From Cyanophora paradoxa CCMP329 (taxonomy: Eukaryota; Plantae; Glaucophyta): a stretch of DNA of 64,000 bases. The notes beneath the pieces were generated by a model that saw only the letters and a list, made by a program, of their open reading frames with translations, did no database searches and was not told the DNA's origin. The stretch lies in the NCBI GenBank assembly GCA_004431415.1, contig QPMI01000064.1, positions 124,001 to 188,000 of the forward strand. The letters run 5' to 3'. Shown in pieces: positions 24,001 to 35,900 of the stretch; positions within the stretch are counted from its first letter, which is position 1, and each line of letters starts with the position of its first letter. Made by a program: the position numbers and the translations under genes.

Positions 24001-26440
24001 TCGACAGTCGTGCCCGTCCTCGGCTCTGACGATCTCAGCGCCCCCCAGCGCGAAATCTACGACAAGGTCATGGACTGCTGCGACCTGCGACAGCAGCACG
24101 AAGACTTGAAGCTCAAGACCCGTGACTACGCCCAGGATGCGGAGGCCGGGTTCCCCGTCCCGCCGATCCTGCAGCAGTGGTACATGCCGTCCGGGCCGCG
24201 ATTCTACATCACCGGAGAGGCGGGCGCCGGCAAGACCGTGCTCGCCAGGGCAATCGAGAGCGGTGTCAACAGCCGCTACATGCGTCGCGCGAAGGGCGGC
24301 GAGGAAGCGGTGCCCCACGGACGCGTCAAGATCGTCGCACCATTCGGCTCCGCAGCCTTCAACGCCGGCGGCAGCACGGTCCACAGCAGCTTCAACGTGT
24401 ACTACAAGATTCCGAACGACAAGACGGCCTACGAGTCCTCCACCGCCCGCACCAAGTACCTCGACGACCTCCGGCGCCAGCTCGATGGCGTCTGGGTCGT
24501 GATCATGGACGAGGCGATGTCGGCATCGAGGCAGCTCTTCTACTGGTTCAAGAGCCTGCTGGAGGACGTCGCCTGCGGGCGCGAGGACCTGACAGGCGGT
24601 CTGGCGGAGGCCGGCGCCCACCCGCCGAACATGACCGAGTTCCAGACGAGCGTGGACGGCAGGCCGGTGCAGCAACGCTACCCCTTCGGCGGATTCTGCG
24701 TCCTCCTCTTCGGCGACGTGGCACAAGTGTCGCCGGTGGGATCGGACTCGCTCTGGCAGACGTACATCGCGAACAACCAGACCGCGGTGACGGATACGAA
24801 GTGGGACGGCCCGTACCACGCGTTCCACAGCTTCTTCACCTCCCACGTCCTCCCCACGTCATTCCGGCACGTCGGCGATCCGGAGCTTGCGAACATCCTC
24901 AACTGGATGCGCAACGCCGATACGAGCCACATGCGAGACGTCTACAACTACCTCCTACGCCGATCCCTGGACGACAGCGGCCTCCTGCACGACGACGGCG
25001 AGACGGCAGCGAACAACCGTTTGAAGCTGCAGCAGGACCGAGCGTGGGATGGCGCGATGCGCATGATGCTGACGAACAGGCGAGCGGAGCAGTACAACAT
25101 GGATCGGATCGGCAAGCTGCACGACGAGCGTGGCGTTCCAGTGCTGAAGATCGTCGCCATGGACACCCAGCCGGACGAGAGCCACAACAAGAACTGCGAG
25201 CACTTCGACACCAAGGGCGAGTTCGTCCCGTGCACAGAGGAGGCCGGCGGCATGCCCCACATCCTCACCGTCGCGCGCGGAGCCAAGGTCATGCTCCGCC
25301 AGAACCGCAACGTCGAGGATGGCCTCGCGAACGGCACGATCGGGTTCATTGCAGACTTCGACTGGCCCCCCGGCGACCCGACGGTGGACCACCTTCGCGA
25401 GCACGGGTCGGAGTACACGGCAACCGAGCCTCTTCAGCTCGAACACGCAATCGCAGATGCCGTGACGGAGCTGCCCAAAGTCGAGAGCGACGCCGAGCAG
25501 GCCGCCACAGCAGCGGCAACCTCGGCGCCGGCTGCGGCCTCGAGCTCGGCACCAGCAAAGGGCAAACGCAAGTACAAGAAGTCGCAGATGGTGAAGATGA
25601 TCGAAGGAGCTGAGCGGGCGGGCGCGCTGGCGACGGAAGCCACCAGCAAACCCACCACTGGCCGCCGTCTCGTCCCCCCGACCGCCTACTGGGTCTACTT
25701 CCCCGACGAACGCGTGGGCAGGCGAGCAACGGACGTTAAGCAGGTCACGATGCCCGACGGCAGGATCGTGCACGTGATCAAGATCGAGCCGATGCTCCGC
25801 AAAGCAGGTGAAACCACCCCCATGCATGCCGCGCGCATTCCAGTGATGCAGACGCTGAAATATTTCCCCAGATCTCGACGAGAACAGCTTCAAGAAGCAG
25901 ACATCGGTGCACGCGAACAACGAGCGAAAGGGCCCCCCCTTCAGGCTTGCGTTCGCCTCAACGGTCTACAAGGCACAGGGGCACACGCTGCCCCGCGCGA
26001 TCGGCGACCTGAAGGGCATGATCGCCAGCTACAACCACCGGCGCCAGCTCTACGTGATGCTCAGCCGCGTCAAGAACGGCGACCACATCCTCCTCGCCCA
26101 CCTCGCATCGCTCAAGCCGGGCAAGCTCTGGGACATCCTCGTCAAGATAGATTGGGACATGCAGGCCGAGCTCGTCCGCGAGAAGAAGGAGACCGACTAC
26201 TACGCAGAGCTCCGCACCACCGACCCCACCGCGCACACGCGCACCTGGGGCCACAAGTTCGAGGCGCTGCGCTGGGTCCGCGATGCAGCAAGCGGCCGCA
26301 TCAGGCTGGAGCGCGCCCCAGCAGCGCAGCAGATGGTCGAGCCTGGAACCTGGGACGACGTGCGGCGCTTCCAGACCATGTTCAAGCAAGCAGAGCAGGA
26401 CTACGCCCGGACCCCCTACCCCCGCCGCAGCGCTGAGTGA
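18096..26440 (+). CDS. Helitron RepHel transposase (NTF2-like x2, DUF6570-like Cys region, HUH Rep, PIF1-family helicase); spliced; one in-frame TGA at 22810
   Basis: GT-AG introns at 18303-18353, 18604-18671, 19794-19851, 20094-20153, 21292-21363, 21540-21592, 21758-21815, 22694-22751 and 25808-25871 join the ORFs in frame. Rep motifs: GPPQGWLTIS, HUH EQKRRTLHTHFVLW (HTH 22173-22181), CRFALP, YMFAYQMK (22918). Helicase motifs: GEAGAGKT (24214-24237), IMDEAM, FGGFCVLLFGDVAQVSPV, GAKVMLRQN...GLANG, AFASTVYKAQGHTL, YVMLSRV. The true start may be further upstream (candidate MSSSESSSTEPPKRKKA at 17384), but I could not join that exon in frame. Confidence 0.9.
18150..18995 (+). other. Tandem NTF2-like (G3BP-type) domains at the N-terminus of the RepHel gene
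   Basis: Domain 1: AFIRTYYEILQTQPRQMFRFYNPES...AIGITSIEQRIADL...ILATISGTM...RGFVQTLTLAPIHGGMYIASDVLMF follows the G3BP/NTF2 pattern. Domain 2 is more degenerate: SITHVASMPSPQGGASITAIG...PFAVNWHL...GHFFIDDIQLHF. Confidence 0.75.
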
Positions 26441-26934
26441 CCCGGTGTGCACCCTCCCCCTCCGTCGCGCGTGAAGCCTGCTGACGGTCTTCTCAGCGCG
26501 TTCCTATCCCTGACGTCCCCCACGTTCACATGTACAGTTGATATCAGCACTTAATTGTACCTCCTGCCCTCTACCCGTCCTCTCACCTAGACGTCCAATG
26601 CATCACATTTCCAGCTATCTCATTCTGCCAATATTTAATACTGCTCTAGGTAGTATTTATAATGTATTCTCCAGGTCGTAAATATAAAAACCCTTCGTAC
26701 TGGAACTGCCCTGCAGGAAATTTTAAACTGCTAGCTGCTATTATATTATATAGCTAGCTGCCCTGCAGGAAAACTGCTCCCCTAATTATATTTCCTCTCA
26801 GCGGCCCTCCCCTCCCCTCTCCCTGCCCTGACACCCCACCGACAACCGCGACGGGCCGCGATGATCAAGGGGGGCGCGAGGTGGGCGGCAGAGGCTTCGC
26901 CCGATGTTTGGGACCCGCAGGGGCCCAGGGCTTG

Positions 26935-29900
26935 TCCGTAAATCGATGGTGAACGTGCGGAATTATTTTTTTTTCACTCGAGTCCGATTCGTCCGAGCGT
27001 CCAGATTCGCAACCTCCGCAATGAAGGCGAACGGTCTCGCATGTAACACAGTGCCCCACAGACGTGACATAGACGTGACATTTATTTTGGACTCGAGGCT
27101 CCCCTAAGACGACCGCTCTCCCGTGGGCGTCGCGCGAAAATCGAATTTCTTTCATGGATCAATTCCGGTATTTATACCCCGGGGCTCGATCGCGAAATCC
27201 CAAAAAGTGGGACCCGGTCCCGCGACGAAAGCGAACCAGGGACGCCCCAGAGCGGTCAGAATGACAGCCAAGACCGCGCGCATCGCGGCAAGCTCGATTT
27301 CGGCCGCCGCCGACGCTCCAGTCTAAAGACTCGACCGAAATTTTGATCTTGCCGGTTCCGGCCGGTCCCCCGACGCGCGCATTCGATGCGTACTGGCGCG
27401 CATAGACATAGCAGGGCCTGCGCACTCCAGAAATCCGCTTTTCGGAGCCGGAACAGCGCAGGAAAGTTCCCGATGGCAAAAATTCGATCCTGCACAGCCC
27501 CGGGCAACTTTCCGCGCGCCGACGCCGCGGCGCATGCGCGGAGCAATAGTATAAGCATTTGAGATGTAGAAGAAGCCTTTTGCACGGTCTCTAAATGCGC
27601 CGGGCCGCGAGGACCCAGCCGACCCCGAAAATTCGATCCTCGACGGACCTGCACATCTTTCCGCACGCCCTCGCGTCCTCACCCATGCCCATCGCTACAG
27701 TATTCATTTGAGAGCTTTTCAAAGTCTTTCGCAAGCTCTGTGGCGGCGACAGAGCACGAGAACCCAGCCGACGCCAAATTTCGATCCTGGACAGGCCAGC
27801 ACATATTTCCGCGCGCCCTCGCCTCCGCAGCCCTGGACATCGATCCTGTATGCATTCGAGATTCTGTTTAAGCGATTCGCAAGCTCTGCGCATGCGCCTG
27901 GCCACGAGAATCTCGCCCGTCCCCTCAACAATCTCCTCTTAATTTCCTCAGGGCCTCCAGCTCGACCACTCCTCCCTCCCCTCATTATATTCTCTCTCAG
28001 CTGCAGCAATTCCCCTTATTACATAATTATATTCTCTCAGGACAATTCCTCTCAGGACAACTCCTCCCATAATTGTATTCCCTCTCAGCAGCCCTCCCCT
28101 CCCCTCTTCCTGCCCCGCCGACCCATTGACAGCCGCAACGGGCCGTGATGAATAAGGGGGACGCGAAGAGGGCGGCCGAGGCTTCGCCCGATGTTTGGGA
28201 CCCGCAGGGGCCCAGGGCTTGTCCGTTGGTCGATGGTGAACGTGCGGAATTATTTTTTTTCCACTCGAGTCCGATTGGTCCGAGCGTCCAGGTTCGCAAC
28301 CTCCGCAATGAAGGCGAACGCTCTCGCATGTAACACAGTGGCCCACAGACGTGACATAGACGTGACATTTATTTTTGGACTCGAGGCTCCCCTAAGACGA
28401 CCGCTCTCCCGTGGACATCGCGCGAAAATCGAATTTCCCTCGTGGATCAATTCCGGTATTTATACCCCGGCTCGATCGCGAAACTCCAAAAAGTGGGACC
28501 TGGTCCCGCCCGGTCCCGCGACCAAAGCGCGCCAGGGACACCCCAGAGCGGTACAGAATGAGAGCCGAGGGCGCGCGCACCGCGGCAAGCTCGATTTCGG
28601 GCGCCGCCGACGCTCCAGTCCGAAGAGTCGGCCGAAAATCTGATCCTGCCGGTTCCGGCCGGTCCCCCGACGCGCGCAATCGATGCGTACTGGCGCGCAT
28701 AGACATAGCAGGGTCTGCGCACTCCAGATATCCGCTTTTCGGAGCCGGAACAGCGCAGGAAGGTGCCCGATAGCAAAAATTCGATCCTGCACGGCCCCAC
28801 GCAACTTTCCGCGCGCCGACACCGCGGCGCATGCGCGGACCAATAGTATAAGCATTTGAGATGTAGAAGGAGCCTTCCGCACGGTCTCTAAATGCGCCGG
28901 GCCGCGAGGACCCATCCGACCCCGAAAATTCGATCCTGGACGGAACTGTGCATCTTTCCGAGCGCCATCGCGTCCTCACCCATGCCCATCGCTACAGTAT
29001 TCATTTGAGATCTAAACGAAGCCTTTCGCAAGCTCTGTGGGCGCGAAAGAGCACGAGAACCCAGCCGAAGCCAAATTTTCGATCCTGCACAGGCCCGGCG
29101 GCCTGCACATATTTCCGCACGCCCAGGCCTACACATATTTCCGCGCGCCCTCGCCTCCACAGCCCTTAACATCGATCCTGTATGCATTCGAAACTCTGTT
29201 TAAGCGATTCCTAAGTTCTGCGCATGCGCCTGGCCGCTAGAACCTCGCCCCATCCCCTTACACCACTCCTCCCCTCATTAATATTATATTCTCTCTCGAT
29301 CAGCCACAGCAATGTTAATTCCCCTAGACATAATTATATTCTCTGAGTACAACGTTAAATTAACTCCTCTCAGGACAACTCCTCCCATAATTATATTCCC
29401 TCTCAGCAGCCCTCGCCTCCCCTCTCCCTGCCCCGCCGACCCAGCAACAGCCACGACGGGCCGCGATGATCAAGGGGGGCGCGAGGTGGGCCGCTGAGGC
29501 TTCGCCCGATGTTTGGGACCCGCAGGGGCCCAGGGCTTGTCGGGCGAAGCCTCTTCGGGCGAAGCCTCTTCCGTAATCCGAAAACGAACGCCCCCTTTTC
29601 CTTTTTTTCCAGTCGAGTTCGATTGGTCCGAGCGTCCTGATACGCAACCTCCGCAACGAAGGCGAACGGTTCCGGACATTTCATAGTTGCCCACGGACGT
29701 GACATTTATTTTTGGACTCGAAGCTCCTCTAAGACGATCGCTCTCCCGTGGGCATCGCGCGAAACTCGAATTTCCCTCCAGGATCAATTCCGGTATTTAT
29801 ACCCCCGGGCTCGATCGCGGTCCCGCCCGGTCCCGCGACGAAAGCCCGCCACAGACGCCCCAGAGCAATGCAGAATGAGAGCGGAGGGCGCGCGCACTCC

Positions 29901-32900
29901 GGCAACCTCGATTTTGGCCGCCGCGGACGCTCCAGTCCAGAGAGTCGACCGAAATTTTGATCCGGCTGGTTCCGGCCGGTCCCCCAACGCGCGCATTCGA
30001 TGCGTACTGGCGCGCATAGACATAGCAGGGCCTGCGCACTCTAGAAATCCGGTTTTCGGAGCCGGATCAGCGCAGAAAGGTGCCCGACAGCAGAAATTCG
30101 ATCCTGCACAGCCTTGCGCATCTTTCCGCGCGCCCACGCCGCGGCGCATGCGCGGAGCAATAGTATAAGCATTTGAGATGTAGAAGAAGACTTCCGCACG
30201 GTCTCTAAATGCGCCGGGCCGCGAGGACCCAGCCGTCCCCGAAAATTCGATCCTGGACGGACCTGCGCATCTTTCCGCGCGCCCTCGCGTCCTCACGCAT
30301 GCCCATCGCTACAGTATTCATTTGAGATCTAAACGAAACCTTCCGCAAGCTCTGTGGCCGCGAAAGAGAACGAGAACCCAGCCGACACGAAATTTTCGAT
30401 CCTGGACAGGCCTGCACATATTTCCGCGCGCCCTCGCCTCCGCAGCCCTGGACATGGATCCTGCATGCATTCGAGACTCTGTTTAAGCGATTCGTAAGCT
30501 CTGCGCATGCGCCTGGCCGCGAGAACCTCGCCCGTCCCCTCGACAATCTCCTCTCAATTTCCTCAGGGCCTCGAGCTCAACTACAGCTAGCTGATTGGCA
30601 GCACCACTCCTCCCCTCATTATATTATCTCTCAGCTGCAGCAATTCCCCTGATTACAAAATTATATTCTCTCAGGACAACTCCTCTCAGGACAACTCCTC
30701 CCATAATTATATTCCCTCTCATGATCAGCACCCCTCCTCTCCCCTCTCCCTCGATATAATACTGACAGCCGCGACGTTGACGGGCCGCGATAAATAATTA
30801 TAAGGGGGACGTGCGCTGCACGAAAACTGCTCCCCTATTTATATTTCCTCTCACCAGCCCTCCCCTCCCCTCTCCCTGCCCCACGGACCCACCGACAGCC
30901 GCGACGGGCCGCGATGAATAAGGGGGGCGCGAGGAGGGCGGCTGAGGCTTCGCCCGATGATTGGGACCCGCAGGGGCCCAGGGCTTGTCCGTATGTCAAT
31001 GGTGAACGACCGGAATTATTTTTTTTCCACTCGAGTCCGATTGGTCCGAGCGTCGAGGTTGACAACCTCCACAATGAAGGCGAACGGTCTCCGACGTTAC
31101 ATAGCTGAACACAGACATTACACTTATTTTTGGAGTCGTGGCTCCCCTCAAATTCCGTCCGCACTCCTGAGTCCCCGCCCGAAAATCGAATTTCCCTCCA
31201 GGATCAATTCCGCTATTTATACCCCGGGGCTCGATCGCGAAACTCCAAAAAGTGGGACCCGGTCCCGCGACGAAAGCGCGCCAGAGACGCCCCAGAGCGG
31301 TCAGAATGACAGCCAAGAGCGCGCGCATCGCGGCAAGCTCGATTTCGGCCGCCGCCGACGCTCCAGTCCAGAGAGTCGGCCGAAATGTTGATCCTGCCGG
31401 TTCCGGCCGGTCCCCCGACGCGCGCAATCGATGCGTACTGGCGCGCATAGACAAAGCAGGGCCTGCACACTCCAGATATCCGCTTTTCGGAGCCGGAACA
31501 GCGCAGGGAGGTGCCCGACAGCAAAAATTCGATCTTGCACAGTCCTGGGCAACTTTCCGCGCGCCAACGCCGCGGCGCATGCGCGCATCAATAGTATAAG
31601 CATTTGAGATGTAGAACATGCATTTTCCATGCTCAACAGATGCGCCGGGCCGCGAGGACCCAGCCGTCCCCGAAAATTCGATCCTGGACGGACCTGTGCA
31701 TCTTTCCGCGCGTCCTCGCATCTCCACTCGTGCCCATCGCTACAGTATTCATTTGAGATCTAAACGAAGCCTTTCGCAAGCTCTGTGGCCGCGACAGAGC
31801 ACGAGAACCCAGCCGACGCCAAATTTTCGATCCTGGACAGACCTGCACATATTTCCGCGCGCCCTTGTCTCTGCAGCCCTGGACATCGATCCTGCATGCA
31901 TCCGAGAATCTGTTTAAGCGATTTACAGGCTGTGCGCATGCGCCCGGCCGCGACAATCTCGCCCCTCCCCTCAACGCTCTCCCCTCAATTTCCTCAACTA
32001 CAGCTAGCTGATTGGCAGCACCACTCCTCCCCTCATTATATTATTCTCAAGCCCAATAATATTGTCTCAGGAAAACTCCTCTCAGGACAACTCCTCCCAT
32101 TATTATATTCCCTCTCAGCAGCCTTCGCCTCCCCTCTCCCTCCCCCGCCGACCCAGCAACAGCCACAACGGGCCGTGATGAACAAGGGGGGCGCGAGGTG
32201 GGCCGCTGAGGCTTCGCCCGATGTTTGGGACCCGCAGGGGCCCAGGGCTTGTCGGGCGAAGCCTCTTCCGTGGGTCGATGGTGAACGTGCGGAATTATTT
32301 TTTTTCCACTCGAGTCCGATTGGTCCGAGCGTCGAAGTTGACAACCTCCGCAATGAAGGCGAACGGTCTCCGACGTCACTTGGCTCGACACGGACATTAC
32401 ACTTATTTTTGGAGTCGTGGCTCCCCTCAAATTCCGTCCGCACTCCTGGGTCCCCGCCCGAAAATCGAATTTCCCTCCAGGATCAATTCCGGTATTTATA
32501 CCCCGGGGCTCGATCGCGAAACCCCAAAAAGTGGGACCCGGTCCCGCGACGAAAGCGCGCCAGAGACGCCCCAGAGCGGTCACAATCACACCCAAGAGCG
32601 CGTGCATCGCGGCGAGCTCGATTTCAGCCGCCCTTGACGGTCCAGTCCAGAGAGTCGGCCGAAATTTTGATCCACCCGGTTCCGGCCGGTCCCGCGACGC
32701 GCGCAATCGATGCGTTCTCGCGCGCATAGACATAGCAAGGCCTGCGCACTCCAGAAATCCGCTTTTCGGATCCAGGACAGCGCAGGAAGGTGCCCGATGG
32801 CAAACAATCGATCCTGCACAGCCCCGGGCAACTTTCCGCGCGCTCAGGCCACGGCGCATGCGCGGAGCAATAGTATAAGCATTTGAGATGTAGAAGAAGC

Positions 32901-35900
32901 CTTTCGCACGGTCTCTAATTGCGCCGGGCCGCGAGGACCCAGCCGTCCCCGAAAATTCGATTCTGGACGGACCTGCACATCTTTCCGCGCGCCGTCGTGT
33001 CCCCACGCATGCCCATCGCTACAGTATTCATTTGAGATCTAAACGAAGCCTTTCGCAAGCTCTGTGGCCGCGAAAGAGCACGAGAACCCAGCCGACGCCA
33101 AATATTCGATCCTGGACAGGCCTGCACATATTTCCGCGCGCCCTCGCCTCCGCAGCTCTGGGCATCGATCCTGTATGCATCCGAGATTCTGTTCACGCGA
33201 TTCATAAGCTCTACGCATGCGCCTGCCCGCCGGAACCTCGCCCGTCCCCTCAACACTCTCCCCTTAATTTCCTCAGGGCCTCGAGCTCAACTACAGCTAG
33301 CTGATTGGCAGCACCACTCCTCCCCTCATTATATTCTCCCTCAGCTGAACCAATTCCCCTAATTACAAAATTATATTCTCTCAGGAAATCTCCTCTCATG
33401 CAGGACAACTCCTCCATAATTATATTCCGTCGCAACAGCCCTCCCCTCCCCTCTCCCTCCCCTGCCAGGCCAGCTGATTGGCAGCACCACTCCTCCCCTC
33501 ATTATATTATTCTCAAGCCCTATAATATTCCCTCTCAGCAGCCCTCCCCTCCCCTCTCCCTGCCCCGCCGACCCAGCAACAGCCGCGACGGGCCGCGATG
33601 AACAAGGGGGGCGCGAGGTGGGCCGCTGAGGCTTCGCCCGATGTTTGGGACCCGCAGGGGCCCAGGGCTTGTCCGTTGATCGATGGTGAACGTGCGGAAT
33701 TATTGTTTTTCCACTCGAGTCCGATTGGTCCGAGCGTCGAGGTTGACAACCTCCACAATGAAGGCGAACGGTCTCCGACGTTACATAGCTGAACACAGAC
33801 ATTACACTTATTTTTGGAGTCGTGGCTCCCCTCAAATTCCGTCCGCACTCCTGAGTCCCCGCCCGAAAATCGAATTTCCCTCCAGGATCAATTCCGGTAT
33901 TTATACCCCGAGATTCGATCGCGAAACTCCAAAAAGTGGGACCCGGTCCCGCGACGAAAGCGCGCCAGAGACGCCCCAGAGCGGTCACAATGACAGCAAA
34001 GAGCGCGCGCATTGTGCCAAGCTCGATTTCGGCCGCCGCCGACGCTTCAGCCTCTTCGGGCGAAGCCTCTTCGGGCGAAGCCTCTTCCGTAGGTCGATGG
34101 TGAACGTTTCCATTTGGTCGATGGTGAACGTTTCCATTTATTTTTTTTCCACTCGAGTCCGATTCGTCCGACCGTCCAGATTCGCGACCTCCGCAATGAA
34201 GGCGAACGGTCTCCGACGTGACATAGACGTGACTGGTACCCGGCGCACCGCTCTCCCATCAGTCGGGCGAAGCCTCTTCCGTAGGTCGATGGTGAACGTT
34301 TCCATTTATTTTTTTTCCACTCGAGTCCGATTCGTCCGACCGTCCAGATTCGCGACCTCCGCAATGAAGGCGAACGGTCTCCGACGTGACATAGACGTGA
34401 CTGGTACCCGGCGAACCGCTCTCCCATCAGCGTCGCGCGAAAATCGAATTTCCCTCCAGGATCAATTCCGGTATTTATACCCCGGCTCGATCGCGAAATC
34501 CCAAAAAGTGGGACCCGGTCCCGCGACGAAAGCGCGCCAGGGACGACCCAGAGCGGTCACAATCACACCCAAGAGCACGCGCATCGCGGCAACCTCGATT
34601 TCGGCCGCCCTCGACGCTCCAGTCCAGAGAGTCGGCCGAAATTTTGATCCTGCCGGTCCCTCCCGGTCCAACATCGCGCGCATTCGATGCGTACTGGCGC
34701 GCATAGACATAGCAGGGCCTGCGCACTCCAGATATCCGCTTTTCGGAACCGGAACAGCGCACGAAGGTGCCCGACGTCAAAAATTCGATCCTGCACAGCC
34801 CCGGGCAACTTTCCCCGCGCCGACATCGCGGCGCGTGCGCGCATCAATAGTATATGCATTTGAGATGTAGAAGAAGCCTTCCGCACGGTCTCCAAATGCG
34901 CCGGGCCTCGAGGACCCAGCCGACCCCGAAAATTCGATCCTGGACGGACCTGCCCATCTTTCCGCGCGCCCTCGCGTCCTCACCCATGCCCATCGCTACA
35001 GTATTCATTTGAGATCTAAACGAAGCCTTTCGCAAGCTCTGTGGCCGCGACAGAGCACGAGAACCCAGCCGACGCCAAATTTTCGATCCTGGACAGACCT
35101 GCACATATTTCCGCGCGCCCTTGTCTCTGCAGCCCTGCACATCGATCCTGCATGCATCCGAGAATCTGTTTAAGCGATATATAGGCTGTGCGCATGCGCC
35201 CGGCCGCGAGAATCTCGCCCCTCCCCTCAACGCTCTCCCCTCAATTTCCTCAGGGCCTCGAGCTCAACTACAGCTAGCTGATTGGCAGCACCACTCCTCC
35301 CCTCAAATCTCGAGCTCAACTACAGCTAGCTGATTGGCAGCACCACCCTCCCCTCATTATATTCTCTCTCAGCTGCAGCAATTCCCCTAATTACATAATT
35401 ATATTCTTCAGGACAGCTCCTCTCAGGAAAACTCGATCCTCCCATAATTATATTCCCTCTCAGCAGCCCTCCCCTCCCCTCTCCCTGCCCCACCGACCCA
35501 GCAACAGCCACGACGGGCCGCGATGATAAAGGGGGGCGCGAAGGGGGCGGCAGAGGCTTCGCCCGATGTTTGGGACCCGCAGGGGCGAGAATCTCGCCCC
35601 TCCCCTCAACGCTCTCCCCTCAATTTCCTCAGGGCCTCGAGCTCAACTACAGCTAGCTGATTGGCAGCACCACTCCTCCCCTCAAATCTCGAGCTCAACT
35701 ACAGCTAGCTGATTGGCAGCACCACCCTCCCCTCATTATATTCTCTCTCAGCTGCAGCAATTCCCCTAATTACATAATTATATTCTTCAGGACAGCTCCT
35801 CTCAGGAAAACTCGATCCTCCCATAATTATATTCCCTCTCAGCAGCCCTCCCCTCCCCTCTCCCTGCCCCACCGACCCAGCAACAGCCACGACGGGCCGC

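Larger units (their letters stand above)
14277..26934 (+). mobile_element. Autonomous-type Helitron (Helitron2-like, family B), 12.7 kb
   Basis: 5' TCGGGCGAAGCCTCT at 14277. The 3' end has the inverted repeat gaggcttcgcccga (26891-26904), hairpin GGGACCC-GCA-GGGGCCC and CTTG (26931-26934). It encloses a RepHel gene, and its termini and 5' body match the flanking short elements. Confidence 0.88.

Noticed and set aside
22819-26436. The 1205-aa ORF as a complete stand-alone helicase
   Set aside because: It starts inside the Rep domain after a stop codon, and its tail beyond 25807 is out of frame. Helicase motifs V and VI are in the 25907-26440 frame, reached by an intron.
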